From the NCBI GenBank assembly GCA_964106915.2, contig OZ066914.1: DNA of 64,000 bases; one strand, 5' to 3'. Made by a program: the position numbers and the translations under genes. Positions 32,610-46,252 of the stretch are shown here, one piece after another. Origin of the DNA: Podarcis gaigeae. Taxonomy: Eukaryota. The notes beneath the pieces were generated by a model. It worked only from the letters and a program-made list of their open reading frames with translations, did not search any database and was not told the DNA's origin. Numbering within the stretch: position 1 is the stretch's first letter; every line of letters begins with the position of its first letter.

Positions 32610-34169
32610 AAGGGGGGAAGTAGTGTTAAACTACTTGGACATCGTGTTTTTACGTGAAGTGTTCTCCCATGCGGGCTGCTAGTTACATGGGAATTTGAAA
32701 ATTATGTATACTACTACTGTACAACACAGGCCTGTAAGATGCAGATGTATATAATATAAAGCTTCAATCAAGTGCAATTATAAGGTGCTGATAAAGAGTG
32801 GCAGCTATAAACTACACCAAAATTGCCTTCTTCCTCTTGCCAGTTTTTATGAAACTCAGCACTGTCTACTGCCTAATGTTTTGCAGTGTTTCTAATATTT
32901 ACTATTGGAATCAAGTTTTAAGTTATTAGTCCTTCAAATGCATATTTAAGTTATTTTTGCTATTCAGGAAAAGCTTTAAATTAGCACATATAATTCTGAG
33001 AACAAATTTCCCAGTATGTGTAACTATACTTGGTAGGGAATGTTTAGTGTGTAAGTGGAATGAATATATAAAGGGCTCTTTTAATCAATAAACATGTATG
33101 ACATTGTCAAGTGCTTTCACAAGATTCTAGCAGGTAAATCTGTAAGGAGTCATGAATTCAAACTTTAAAGTGACTTGAGTTTCACAGATCTGTTTGTATA
33201 TTACAGTACAACTTTGCTAGGATAAAAACATACTATTCCCTTTGTCTAGACTAAAGCAAATTTTTGGGCAATTCTCTCTACAGCTAGCACTGAATTTTGC
33301 CATTTTCCAAAGCTGTATAACTGGCTGTGCAGCTAAATGTATCCTTTTCAACTGATTCCTAAAACGGCTTCAAGATTACTACATTTAACTAGGAAGAGTC
33401 TTTAAAGTTTAGGCATCACAATCAAGAGAAGCTGTGGCATTTTATCCTGAGTGATGCTTGGGTTGCACAATTTTAAAGTAATAAAGCGAAGAATGTAGCT
33501 GCCTAAACTTTAATAGCTCTTAATCTTGAGCAAGAACAAGGAGTACAACCTTGGGCCCTCCAAATTTGAGCAAAATCAGCAAAAATTAATACAGCTGATG
33601 GCAAAGGAACTATTTAGGCTAACCTTTCTCCCATTCCTAGAAAAAAATGGGTTAAGAAATGTTTTCAGGCTCACATACCCGATACAAAACAGGATTGAGT
33701 TGTGAATAAGTGAATACATTTCATACTTTTTTGAGCAATCTTTTATTACATAAAGTTGTCACATAATTGTATATTTGTCTTTGTACACAATTTTTATTCA
33801 GTCTTGCACACAATGGCTTCTGCATGTCCTAGTGATAGCAAGCACCAATAAAAGTCTGATTTTAACAGAACTGCAAGTGCTTGAACTGTTTAGAGCACAG
33901 CATTAGTACACGGATCTTCCACCCAGTGTCAGGAATGTACAAATGTTTTTATTCAAAGTACAAAATAAATTATCTGTAGGCATGGACAATGACTGTAAAC
34001 GATTATGCATGTCTAAACTGAAACCCAGTAACTGATGTTACAGTGATTCTTCAAACACCGGCCCTTCTGCAGTCACTATCCATCCTGTTTCACCCTGACC
34101 TGAAGTTTTACTTCAAACTGTCAAGTCACTCACTGTAGTTCCATGATGGGACATCGCTGTAGCTGAGCA

Positions 34170-34316
34170 TTAGAACATGCCACCACCTCCCATGCCAGCC
34201 CCCATGCCTCCCATGGCAACTTCCTTCTCCTCTTTCGGAATTTCGGTTACTACGGCTTCAGCTGTAGACAGAAGGGAAGCAACACCTGCTGCATCCATCA
34301 AGGCTGTCCTTACAAC
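34170..34316 (-). CDS. HSPD1: HSP60 exon 12 (C-terminal GGM tail; total 571 aa); polyA signals at about 33948, 33793, 33742
   Basis: [48 protein letters not shown]. Confidence 0.96.
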   Translation of the reverse strand, partial: VVRTALMDAAGVASLLSTAEAVVTEIPKEEKEVAMGGMGAGMGGGGMF

Positions 34317-34345
34317 CTAAAAAAAGAAGTTTAAGATATATTTCA

Positions 34346-34597
<252 letters not shown>

Positions 34598-35038
34598 TTA
34601 AAGGAAAAGGTAAGTGATGTTAGCTGAAACTTAGTCTCGGCAACAGAATGGGTACATTTGAAATCCCATTACCAGCAAGGGAGCCAACAAAGATTATAAC
34701 AACTCTCTCGATCCTATACATACGCTTGCCAGAGGATTGCAAGAACAAGCAGACCTTTTGTCCCTTTCAAAAATCTTAACACCTCCCACATCAGGGTTGG
34801 GGAAACCTTTGGCCTGCACAACCTTTTGGACATATGCCAGTGATGGACAGAGCAGTAAATAAAATTGTTATCTAATGGTAGGCCAGTTTCAACACCTCCC
34901 CCCCATTTTCTACCCAGGCAAGCAAGAAGCATCCTTAAAATTGAAATATTCAGCCCCTGAGCCTGAGGTTCCCAGTCCCTGCTCTAAGGGATGGTGACCT
35001 TGAGGGAATCCAGATATAGGGACTCCCAACACCCACCA

Positions 35039-35403
35039 GGGACGCAGGTGGTGCCGTGGGTAAAACCTCAGTGCCTTGGACTTGCTGATCGCAAGGTGGG
35101 CGGTTCGAATCTCCACTGCGGGGTGAGCTCCCGCCGTTCGGTCCCAGCTCCTGCCCACCTAGCAGTTCGAAAGCACCCCCGGGTGCAAGTAGATAAATAG
35201 GTACCGCTTTATAGCGGGAAGGTAAACGCCGTTTCCGTGTGCGGTGCGCTGCTGCTGGGTCGCCAGATGCCGCTTAGTCACGCTGGCCATGTGACCTGGA
35301 AATGTCTCCGGACAGCGCCGGCTCCCAGCCTCTTGAGCGAGATGAGCGCGCAACCCTAGAGTCGGACACGACTGGCCCATATGGGCAGGGGTACCTTTAC
35401 CTT
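35039..35403 (+). mobile_element. Sauria SINE
   Basis: Same head and tail; TSD aaca(c/t)ccacca. Confidence 0.88.
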
Positions 35404-35546
35404 AACATCCACCAACATAGCCAATAGGAGCAATTCAAAGACAGGTTAACCAAAGGAGTTTCCTGCCCACTCAACTGTCTGGACCCTGAGAAGGTGCTGG
35501 GGAACCTCAAGTTAGCTTATATCAGGATCCAAGCCCTTAACTGTTA

Positions 35547-35756
<210 letters not shown>

Positions 35757-36217
35757 CTAAGAAAAGAATTCTTATTTTAAGGCTGCTGTTCCGAGCTCTA
35801 ATCTGAAAGTTATTTCACAAAGACGGCTCTATAGCCTTCCCTAGGGAATGCTGGGCTGCAAAACTCTCATTCTGGCCAGGCTAGCTGGGGCTGATGAGCG
35901 TCAGACTCCACCATCATCTGGGGGGGGGGGGCACTGGCTTACTATTCTCACTTTATAGCCTAGAGAGCTACTTGCACCTGCAGGGAAAAAGGGCTACTGT
36001 TGTGCAGTGATCTACTTTTGGTGAATGTCCTGCAGCCAATCAGAAGCCGTGTTTTGGTTTTCGAACGTTTTGGAAGTCGAACAGACTTCCAGAACCGATC
36101 CAGTTTGACTTCCAAGGTAGTATATAATAGTAAAATAATTTTATGCAGTATGCAACAAATAAAAGTAGTAGTAAATAAATAAATATAAATAAATAAAATA
36201 GTAATACGTAGATTCAC

Positions 36218-36463
36218 CTTTAGTACAGCTACTCCATCAGAAAGTTTGGCCAGGCGTTCATTGAGTTTCTCCTTCTCGTATTCACTTGTTGTAACCTCCA
36301 GTTGTTCAACTATTTCCTGAATGCGCTTTTCAATTTGTACTTTGTCACCTTTTCCTTTAAGTAGCAAGCAGTCATCTTTCGTCACAATGACTTCTCCAAC
36401 TTTGCCAAAGTCATGAGGTTGAATGTCTTCTACATTTATGGTCAAGCCTTCTTCCCCAAACAC
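36218..36463 (-). CDS. HSPD1: HSP60 exon 9
   Basis: VFGEEGL...[18 protein letters not shown]; 246 nt. Confidence 0.96.
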
Positions 36464-37342
36464 CTGAAACAGATTAATATTAAATACTTTTAAAAGTCCA
36501 CGGCTTTTTCAAATTACTGATTAGCTGGTTTCATTCGGACAGCTTCATTGGGAATGCAATCCTAAAGAAAGCCCCACTAAATTCAGTGAATGGGCTTAAT
36601 AACACTCTTAATTCTTCACCTAGATTTTCTGTACTTGTAATTGCAAAGTGACCAACAGGAAGTAACAGCTTTCTGGACGTTTGCAAAATTTGGTTGATTT
36701 ATTTTATTTACTTCTACGGTAATACCCCACCTTTCCTTCAGCGACCTCAACACTGCATAAAAAGCTCTTGCTCTCAGCATTTTATCCCCACAACCACCTT
36801 GAGGTAGGTTAGACTGAGAGACAGCAAATGGTTCAAAGTCACCCAGCAAGTTTCATGGCTGAATGGGATTTGGACTCGCAACCTGGGTTCAACCACTACA
36901 AATGTCTCCGCCAGTTACGTTCACATTCTGAATTGGTCTCTTAATGCACAGAGTCTACACTGGCAATGTTATCTATTTTCTAAGCAAATCTTTTATGACC
37001 GGAAAACAGGGCTATGTTCAGCACTGAACAACCAATGGTGTGTGCAACGGTAAACAGGGCATAGCCTGGCTTGGGCCAGGCTCAACTGATCAGCGCATGG
37101 TGCTTTCTTTAAACTGGCACACATCTGTAGCTCCGTTGTAGAGCACATGCTTTGTATGCAAAAGGTGCCAGGTTCAACTCCTGACATCTTTAGGCAAAAA
37201 TGGGAAAGATTCCTGCCTGAACCCCAGGAAAACATCTGCCAAACTTCTGTTGATTATACTGAGCTAGATCACAATCTTCAGCTGGCACAGGTGGAGAACC
37301 TATGACCCTTCAGACATTGGGACAACAGCTCCCATTAATCTC

Positions 37343-37991
37343 TTTTTTTAATAAATATTTTATTAAGATTTTTGAATAAAAATGCAAAGATAAAGAAACA
37401 GTATAACATATATCATAACATACTTTCTTAACATCTTTGGACTCCCTCCCACCTCCCACTCCCATTTGCATCATTGTCAATTCTTGCCCGCAATTTATCG
37501 TCTTGTTTACACTCTTGTGTCAGGTTCATTTAAATATAATCTGTTAGTTCTCCAATAGGTTTATAATTTTTCCTCAAACTTACTTATCATCTTAATTCCA
37601 TCTAGTTTAGTGGTGCACAATTCTTTATGATCTAGCATCCTTTCTTAACATTCAACCAAATTACAATGTTTTTTTAAATAAGTCTTGAATTTCTTCCAAT
37701 CTTCTTCGACCCTCTCCTCTCCCAGGTCTCGGATTCTGCCAGTCATCTCAGCTAGTTCCATATAGTCCATCAGTTGCATCTGCCACTCTTCCAGCGTGGG
37801 TAGATCTTGAGTTTTCCAACTCTTGGCGATGAGTATCCTTGCTGCCGTTGTTGCGTACATGAAAAATGTTTGGACCTTCTTTAACGCCTTCTGACCGACA
37901 ATGCCCAAAAGGAAGGCCTCTGGTTTCTTAGTGAAGGTATACTTAAATACCTTTTTCAGCTCATTATATATCATTTCCCAGAAGGCCTTCA
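37343..37991 (-). mobile_element. L1-clade LINE, 5'-truncated, with a 19-bp TSD
   Basis: ORF2 C-terminus (FWEMIYNELKK..AARILIAKSWK..W), AATAAA plus A-tail; TSD aacagctcccattaatctc at 37324-37342 and 37992-38010. Confidence 0.85.
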
Positions 37992-38323
37992 AACAGCTCC
38001 CATTAATCTCAGCCAAGAGCCAAGGATTATATTGGTTCCCCACCACCGTAACAAGTCATAGCCCAAGTTGCAGTAGTCGCAAACCTTAATACAAATATGG
38101 TTTAAAAAAGGTGGTCTACAAAGTTGGTTGGGGTTCTTAGGAAGACGAAGACTACTGAGTTAGGTGGCCCAATGGCCTGTCTTTGTATAAAGTTCCCATG
38201 TTCCTATGGCAATCTGGATTAACATCCAACGTCTTTTGTTCGAAAAGTACATATAATCAGTGATGGCTCTGCAAGGAATTGGTAAATGAGTATTCCATGC
38301 TAATTATTTAGTGTTAGTACTTA

Positions 38324-38476
<153 letters not shown>

Positions 38477-39178
38477 TCAGAGTTATCAGTTGTTCACATC
38501 TTTATTCCGAAATGGTACAACTGTGTTCTGGTAAAATAAGGCTCTCCATAGTTGACAACACTGAAAACTCAACCGAAAGTCAATGAAAGTGATCTGCTAT
38601 TCATTGTTTGTTTATTTGTCAGGATTTAAATTTGTTTTCATATTAAAGGCTGAAGACTACAGTGGTACCTTAATTCGTTCTGGAGGTCCGCTCTTAACCT
38701 GAAACTGTTCTTAACCTGAGGTACCACTTTAGCTAATGGGGCCTCCCGCTGCCGTCGCGCCGCTGGAGCACAATTTCTGTTCTCATCCTGAAGCAAAGTT
38801 CTTAACCCAAGGTACTATTTCTGCGTTAGTGGAGTCTGTAACCTGAAGCATCTGTAACCCGAGGTACCACTGTACTGATGAACATCTCTCCCCCCCCACA
38901 CATAGTTTAAGCCCACTAGATCTGCAATGCTAAATATTCTTCTATGGACGTTCTACTTCAATCAATAAGGCTTATTTCCCTTATGATCTGGCCATCAAGT
39001 GTACAATTTCTTGGACCAGACAATACCTGGAAAAAGAAAATGTTTTATCTAACTATAGCGAAGATTTTTGCCCTTCCCTGCAACAGTTACCCCTTTCTGC
39101 AGCAAGATTACTAAGGAAGATGAAAGGGATTAAACTCAAAAGTGTTAAAAATAAAGACAGATACTTGTTCCACGCCTA

Positions 39179-39379
<201 letters not shown>

Positions 39380-40379
39380 TCACAAAGTACTCTCTCAAGA
39401 GACAGTGACTATGAACATTCCTCAGCTTCTGATCCTACCATAGCCATTATACAGCCACCTCCTTTGAAACGCTTCAAAAAACATGCCCAATTACAGCAGA
39501 CTTTCAATGGTCTCTAACATACAACTTTTCTTTGAACTTGGTGCTGTTTAAATGCTACCCAAGGACATGCAAAAACAGGACCATTAATTCTTGCAAAATT
39601 GAATTTTAAGATTAAGATAGTATACTCTGGTGTAATGCTACACAGTTTGTTTACCTAAAACCAGTAACATAACAGTATTTTATTTTAATTCAGGGATGGG
39701 CAGAAGGTAGATCAGGATCTACCGGTAGATCTCTCTGTGATCTGCAGCAGATCAAAGATTTCTGGCTTCCAAATTTTTAACAATGGTGTAACGGTCGAAA
39801 CAAAACAAGCTTTTTCAACTTCCTTCTAAATTAGGCTGCTTGAAAGAAATATAATTTGTTACTTGTGGGAAAGATTAAAGCTGGATTCCATTTTTTACCT
39901 ATTTTAGTAGCAATCTTTTTTTTTTTTTTTTGCCTGTACCCAAATTTGCCTCCTCACTTACAAGTATGCAAATAAAATGCAAGTATGAGAGTTCCAGCAC
40001 CTATAATTTGTGAGGCAGCTTCATCAGCAACAGCATGCAAAAGGGCAAACCCTAGAGTATTCCATCAAGAACCCTAAGAGGTTCATTAAGGGTTGGATTG
40101 TTAGATTAAGTTCCTGACAAGTGGCATGGGGAGCTCTCACCTTTCCCTGCATGTTTATCTGTATATACAAACCACATCACATGCCAGAAAAGGTGGCACA
40201 ACTTGTGTCACAGATCTAATTCTGTAAATTAGGGAGTAGGTTCTAGTATTTGCAGACACCTCTATTTTGAGGCAAAAAGGAACACATTACTAAGATTTTT
40301 TTTAAAATTGTGTTTAGTCTATTCCAACAGAACCAAGCTGTTAAGGCAAACAAGCAGTGTGAGTCTTGTTCTAACTTAC

Positions 40380-40473
40380 CTTTGGCTGTATTAATGAAGT
40401 AGGGAGAGATGTAGCCTCTATCAAACTTCATGCCTTCAATAATTTCTAATTCATCATTCAAAGTTTTTCCGTC
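40380..40473 (-). CDS. HSPD1: HSP60 exon 6
   Basis: [31 protein letters not shown]; 94 nt. Confidence 0.96.
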
Positions 40474-40618
40474 CTGTTTTTTTTAAAAAAGGTCATGAAA
40501 ATTAGCTACACCCTGTGCGCACAAGCCATCTCAGAACAAGCTGCTTCATTTTCTGTTTTAGATCTTTGGCTCCCCCATAATGGTGCACTTTTTCTACAAC
40601 GATGAGGTCTTTTCCTCA

Positions 40619-40813
<195 letters not shown>

Positions 40814-40898
40814 CTACAAATACTACTTTAAAAAAAAAAAGAGGCTGGGGTATTGAAAGCATAGTCACAGAGGCATTACAAAGCAAATTTAAGGAATA

Positions 40899-41122
40899 CA
40901 GTGGTACCTCGCAAGACGAAATTAATTCGTTCTGCGAGTTTTTTCGTCTTGCGAATTTTTCGTCTTGCAAAGCACAGATTCCCTGGGTATTAACATTTTT
41001 AAGAAAAAGGAAACAAACTCGCAAGACGTTTTCGTCTTGCGAAGCAACTCAAAAAACCGAAAAACTCTTTCGTCTTGCAAGTTTTTCGTCTTACGAGGCA
41101 TTCGTCTTGCGAGGTACCACTG
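40899..41122. mobile_element. Tc1/mariner MITE with internal ttcgtcttgc repeats
   Basis: ta|cagtggtacctcgcaagacgaa...ttcgtcttgcgaggtaccactg|ta. Confidence 0.85.
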
Positions 41123-41260
41123 TAGCGTCTAAAACATTTTCTCACAGATACAAGGAGTGAAATATTACATTTAGCAAGCCCTCTTAAACGGTGCACCCAC
41201 ACGATATACAAGTAGCAGGGAGAAGGAAGATGTTTGTTTTACAAAAGAGACAGCATTTAC

Positions 41261-41343
41261 CTGAGCAATTTCTTCTGGAGTTGTGACTGGTTTGGACAAC
41301 TTCTTCAATTCCTCAATTACAGCATCTACAGCGAGCATCACCC
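41261..41343 (-). CDS. HSPD1: HSP60 exon 4
   Basis: [27 protein letters not shown]; 83 nt. Confidence 0.96.
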
Positions 41344-42083
41344 CTGAGGGAACACGGTACAGCTATGCAATTAAACAATCTGCATAGGCAACAGCAAACA
41401 AAACTTAACCATCGTACTATGCTCCAAGAGCAACAAAAAGGCTATAAATGATCATACAATGCATTATCCCTGACTGCTGGGATGCAGTTATCACATTAAA
41501 CACCGGGAAGAGATAGGGTCCACACATGTTATAGAGCTGCCTCTTCCTCTTCCCTGCATCATGAATTTCTCCCCCCAAAAAGCATTCACTAGGAGGCGTT
41601 CTTCACCTAATAAAAAAAAGTGCATTGTGCCATTGGTTACCTCCACCTCCAGCATCAAGGGCTTTTCACCAGCTAGGGAAACGCCAATCTGATGCCATGG
41701 AGTTTCACTCGAATCTGTCTCTGCCTTAAAAAGGCAAGAGCAGGAGGCAGAACCAAAAATGCAACACAGGAGGCAGAACCAAAAATGCCAGGCAACACAA
41801 GGCAGCAATAGGAGGGAAGATGAAGATGAAGATGCAATTTGCTTATTTTGACTGCCTATCTGCGAGCATGCGCTACTCATTTTGGGCAGTAACTTAATCC
41901 TCAACACACTTGTTTCACGCTTTTGAAGACGACCACAAAAGCATTTTATGTGCCTCTTTTATTAAAGACTGATAAACCCCAGGTACCATTACGCTCGGTA
42001 AACAACGCGTAACGTAAGCTGTCGCCAGAAACAATATACAATAATTCACTGACCAATGTGCTTTAACAGGGGTCAAAATATAT

Positions 42084-42350
42084 TGTTAGTAATTTAATTC
42101 TCTCATTGCTGTTGGATCTCATGATCCACATTCCATAGTGATAGGAGTGTGGGAACAGGACTCAGACACTGTACTTCCGTTCTATGTGCTTTTGTACTTT
42201 CTCTTTGTTCTCTGCTTTCGGACAGAGGAGACGTGTGTGAAGCTGCTGCTCACACTCAGCCATGTTTGTTGTTTTGATCCGCTGTAAATAAAGAAGCTTT
42301 TGCAATGCCAAATACCTACAGACTCAATTCCTGATGATACTCTGCTAACA
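42084..42350 (+). mobile_element. Possible short solo LTR
   Basis: TGTTAG...CTAACA, internal AATAAA; TSD not clear. Confidence 0.4.
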
Positions 42351-42468
42351 CTAATAGCATGCCCACAGCTCCACTGGATGTGGGTCGCTGGACGCCTGCG
42401 TATGAGGAAGGGGTGTACGCATATCTATGACCAGAAAATTAGACACCCCACTTCCCATTTTCTTTTCA

Positions 42469-42852
<384 letters not shown>

Positions 42853-42949
42853 TTACTAAGGTAATTTCTTCCTGAGGCTGGAAGCCGCAACACTTTCCAG
42901 AAAGGCAGATATGCACCCTCCATTGCCTGCAACAATGTCTTGCATCAAT

Positions 42950-43440
42950 TTCAACAGTGCGACAGAATCCCTTGAAAGATGGTGGACTTTCCTTCCTTGG
43001 AGATTTTTATGCAGAGGTTGGATGGCTGTCTGTCATGGATGCTTCAGCCAAGATTTCTGCATAGCAGGGGTTGGACTATAGGACCCTCTGAACTCTACAA
43101 TGTCACAATTATAGAAGATTAGAAGAGCTTGCTTGATCAGGTCAACGGCCCATCTAACCAAGCATCCTTTTCCCCCAGTGGCCAACCAGTTGCCTGTGGA
43201 AGGCCCATAAGCATCTGAGCACCAGAGTGCTCCCCCTTCCTGTCGTTTGCGGCAACTGCAATTTGGAAGCATTGTGACCTCCAGCTGCGGTAGCAAAGCA
43301 AAACCACTGGGGGTAGCAGCCATTAATAGCCTTCTTCCCCCATGAATTTGTCCACCCCTCTTTTAAAGCCAACTGAATTGGTTGCCGTCACTGCCTCCTG
43401 CAGCAGCAAGTTCCACTAGTTTAACTGTGTTGTGTGGCTT
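42950..43440. mobile_element. Decayed CR1-type LINE 3' fragments
   Basis: ccttccttggagatttt...gttggact...ctctgaactct and agaagagc..gatcagg..ggcccatcta motifs typical of CR1 ends. Confidence 0.5.
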
Positions 43441-43540
43441 GAAGCTGAAGCACAATCCGGCTTTGGCTAACATTTACAGACTTAAAACAAAAAAAAATTC
43501 CTTCCAGTAGCACCTTAAAGACCAACTAAGTCAGTTCTTG

Positions 43541-43578
43541 GTATGAGCTTTCGTGTGCATGCACACTTCTTCAGATAC
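43541..43578 (-). ncRNA. Minimal type-I hammerhead ribozyme motif in a Penelope-like fragment (about 43485-43578)
   Basis: Minus strand GUAU-CUGAAGA-A-GUGUG-CAUG-CACAC-GAAA-GC-UC/AUAC: helix I GUAU/AUAC, helix II, palindromic AGCU helix III. Confidence 0.7.
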
Positions 43579-44067
43579 ACAGCAGATGGTCCCTTAGTAA
43601 GCAGAGAGCTATGTCAAGATGCTCGATATACACATGGAACCAATGTTTACAGCTCAGAACTTCAGGTTTTACATATATACATACAAATATATTTTTAGCA
43701 GGCATTCAACTAATGTTGAATGAAGTATTTACACTTGCACAATGGAACCTCTCCCCCCCCCCCACCAAAAAAAAATCTGTTTTAGGGGCTCCCTCTACCT
43801 TTTAGAACAGATATGGGGATAGCTAATGCTAATTAGCCTGGCCTTTGGCTTGGAGCCAATTTGATTCCCCCCTCTCTTTTTTTTTCTTTTTTTTTTTCCT
43901 TCTCCTCCTGCGATGAGGCTACATTTTAATATTTTAATGTTCCATTATTTTAATGTTGCATTTTATTTTTGTTTTTAAGTTGTAATCATTCATCTTTTTA
44001 TTTTGCTTGTAAGCCGCTCTGAGCCCGGCCTTGGCTGGGGAGGGCGGGGTATAAATAAATAAATAAA

Positions 44068-44105
<38 letters not shown>

Positions 44106-44467
44106 GAGACAGACATTCTGCTACATAAACACAATTTTTTGCTCTAACAGGACCCTTGTAAAACTTCACTGTATGATATTTATTTATGGGACACCTGTCA
44201 AGCTACTAATCATTCTGAGTGCTCACGGGTTGCAGAACACTGAGCGTAGACATAGCTTGTTCCTCTCTGCCACCTATTGACACAACCGTAGCACATCAGC
44301 CACGGCTGCAACGCCTGTAGGGGCATATTTTGTGATATTTATATAGCAATATATAATATTTATCCGTACACATGGTGCATTTGAAATCACCCATGAATGT
44401 TGGAGAAGCAGCAGCAGCAGCAGCAATATCTTACGTAATAATAATAATAATATCCATGTGTACGGAT

Positions 44468-44684
44468 AGGACAAGGTCCAGTCAAAGTGAAGCACTTTTA
44501 CACCCCAATGATTTAAGCACATGCTCACCTCTCTCAGCGAAAAACTAGTCAGACCCCAAAGCTCTTAATTTTGACTGGATCGTACCCCAAGCATGTAGGA
44601 TATATTTTGTATTATGCTCTTCCCTTCAGCACAAGCTTCTGCATAACAGCAAGTAAAGCCATTTCAGTACCTTTGGTCCCAAGG
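44468..44684 (-). repeat. Local duplicate of 45830-46062 (last 14 nt of HSPD1 exon 2, donor and proximal intron 2)
   Basis: Aligns with high identity, including cccttcagcacaagcttctgcataacagcaagtaaagccatttcagtacctttggtcccaagg. Confidence 0.92.
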
Positions 44685-46006
44685 GAGTGTGGGCACAGAT
44701 AATGTGAATGTAAAGGAATAGTTCCATTTAAACTGCTGGCATAGATAACACAAAATGTAAATTAGTTGTTCGTTACCGTGTGGCTTTTATACCTAAACTC
44801 CGTTGTTCTTGTACCTTATTTTAATTTTTTCTAAGAATTTGTCTGCATGCAAATCACCTTGTCATATTTATCAGATTAGTAAAAATTAAAAAAAAAAAAG
44901 ACCAGCTCTGAGGACATCAGAGGAAACGCTTAAAACGAGGGTCCACCAATTCCGATTAGCCTTGGTAACCAGCCGAACTTTCTGCCCACTGCTGACAATG
45001 ACACTCTTTGAGCAAAAAGGTCTTGCTTGACTAAGATATCGTATGGCACAGTTGGGCTGTAGGAAACTTTCTAACTTTGCACTGAGCCAAAAAGCTCACC
45101 AAAGAAATATCACCAGTTTTTTCCTGAGCCTCTCTGTTCATTGTGAGGGGAAGGATAGCGACTGTCCAGAGTACTGTTGGGACTTTTGCTCACTTTAAAC
45201 ACATTTTATCACATGTGATGAGCACATTTATGGACTTCTACAAGTGGACTACAAAGGAGCAGAGGGATGTGTTACACAGGTGTAGGAAACTAAAGTAGGG
45301 AGCAGGAGAGGCAGGGACAGCATGTGACTGAAGAGCAGTGAGTGTTTGAAATGAAGACAGACAGAGCTTTGGGATTGTTAATGGTTAACTGCGATACTTT
45401 ACGTATTACTAAAGATTCATGTCTGTAGCGTATTGCAAGGTTCCATCTAGAATACTTAGCGAGACTCCCTGCTGCTGCTTCCTCTGGCTGGCCTTAGAAA
45501 CCCAAAAAAAATTCAGATGAAGGCCACCTTGTACACACGCCTCTTGATGCCTGAAGGTCTAGCCACCATTAAGGCAAAACGGAGACCAAGTGAGTGATGC
45601 ATTCTGCCTCTCTCAAACTAGCTATATATGCAGCTGCCATGTAGACTTGAAACCTTTGAGGATTTTAGCGCAAAGGAATAGCAAAGTGAGAGAATGCATG
45701 AAAGAACATGTCCCAGCTATCTCATTCATCTACTTGCCAGGCAACAAATTCTAATTCGTGTCACGTATGTATGCCAGTGGCAATAAATTTACAGGAACGC
45801 TCTAGCAAACTATTTTAAAGAGGATCCAAAGGACAAGGTCCAGTCAAAGTGAAGCACTTTCAAGCGCCAATGATTCCATTGGAAGGTTATTTAAGCACAT
45901 GATCACCTCTCTCATTGAAAAACCAGTCAGACCCCAAAGCTCTTAATTTTGACTGGATCGTACCTCAAGCATGTAGGATATATTTTGGACTATGCTCATC
46001 CCTTCA

Positions 46007-46252
<246 letters not shown>

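Noticed and set aside
40910-41112. Regularly spaced ttcgtcttgc repeats resembling a CRISPR or iteron array
   Set aside because: Internal subterminal repeats of a TIR-bounded Tc1/mariner MITE in a vertebrate intron.
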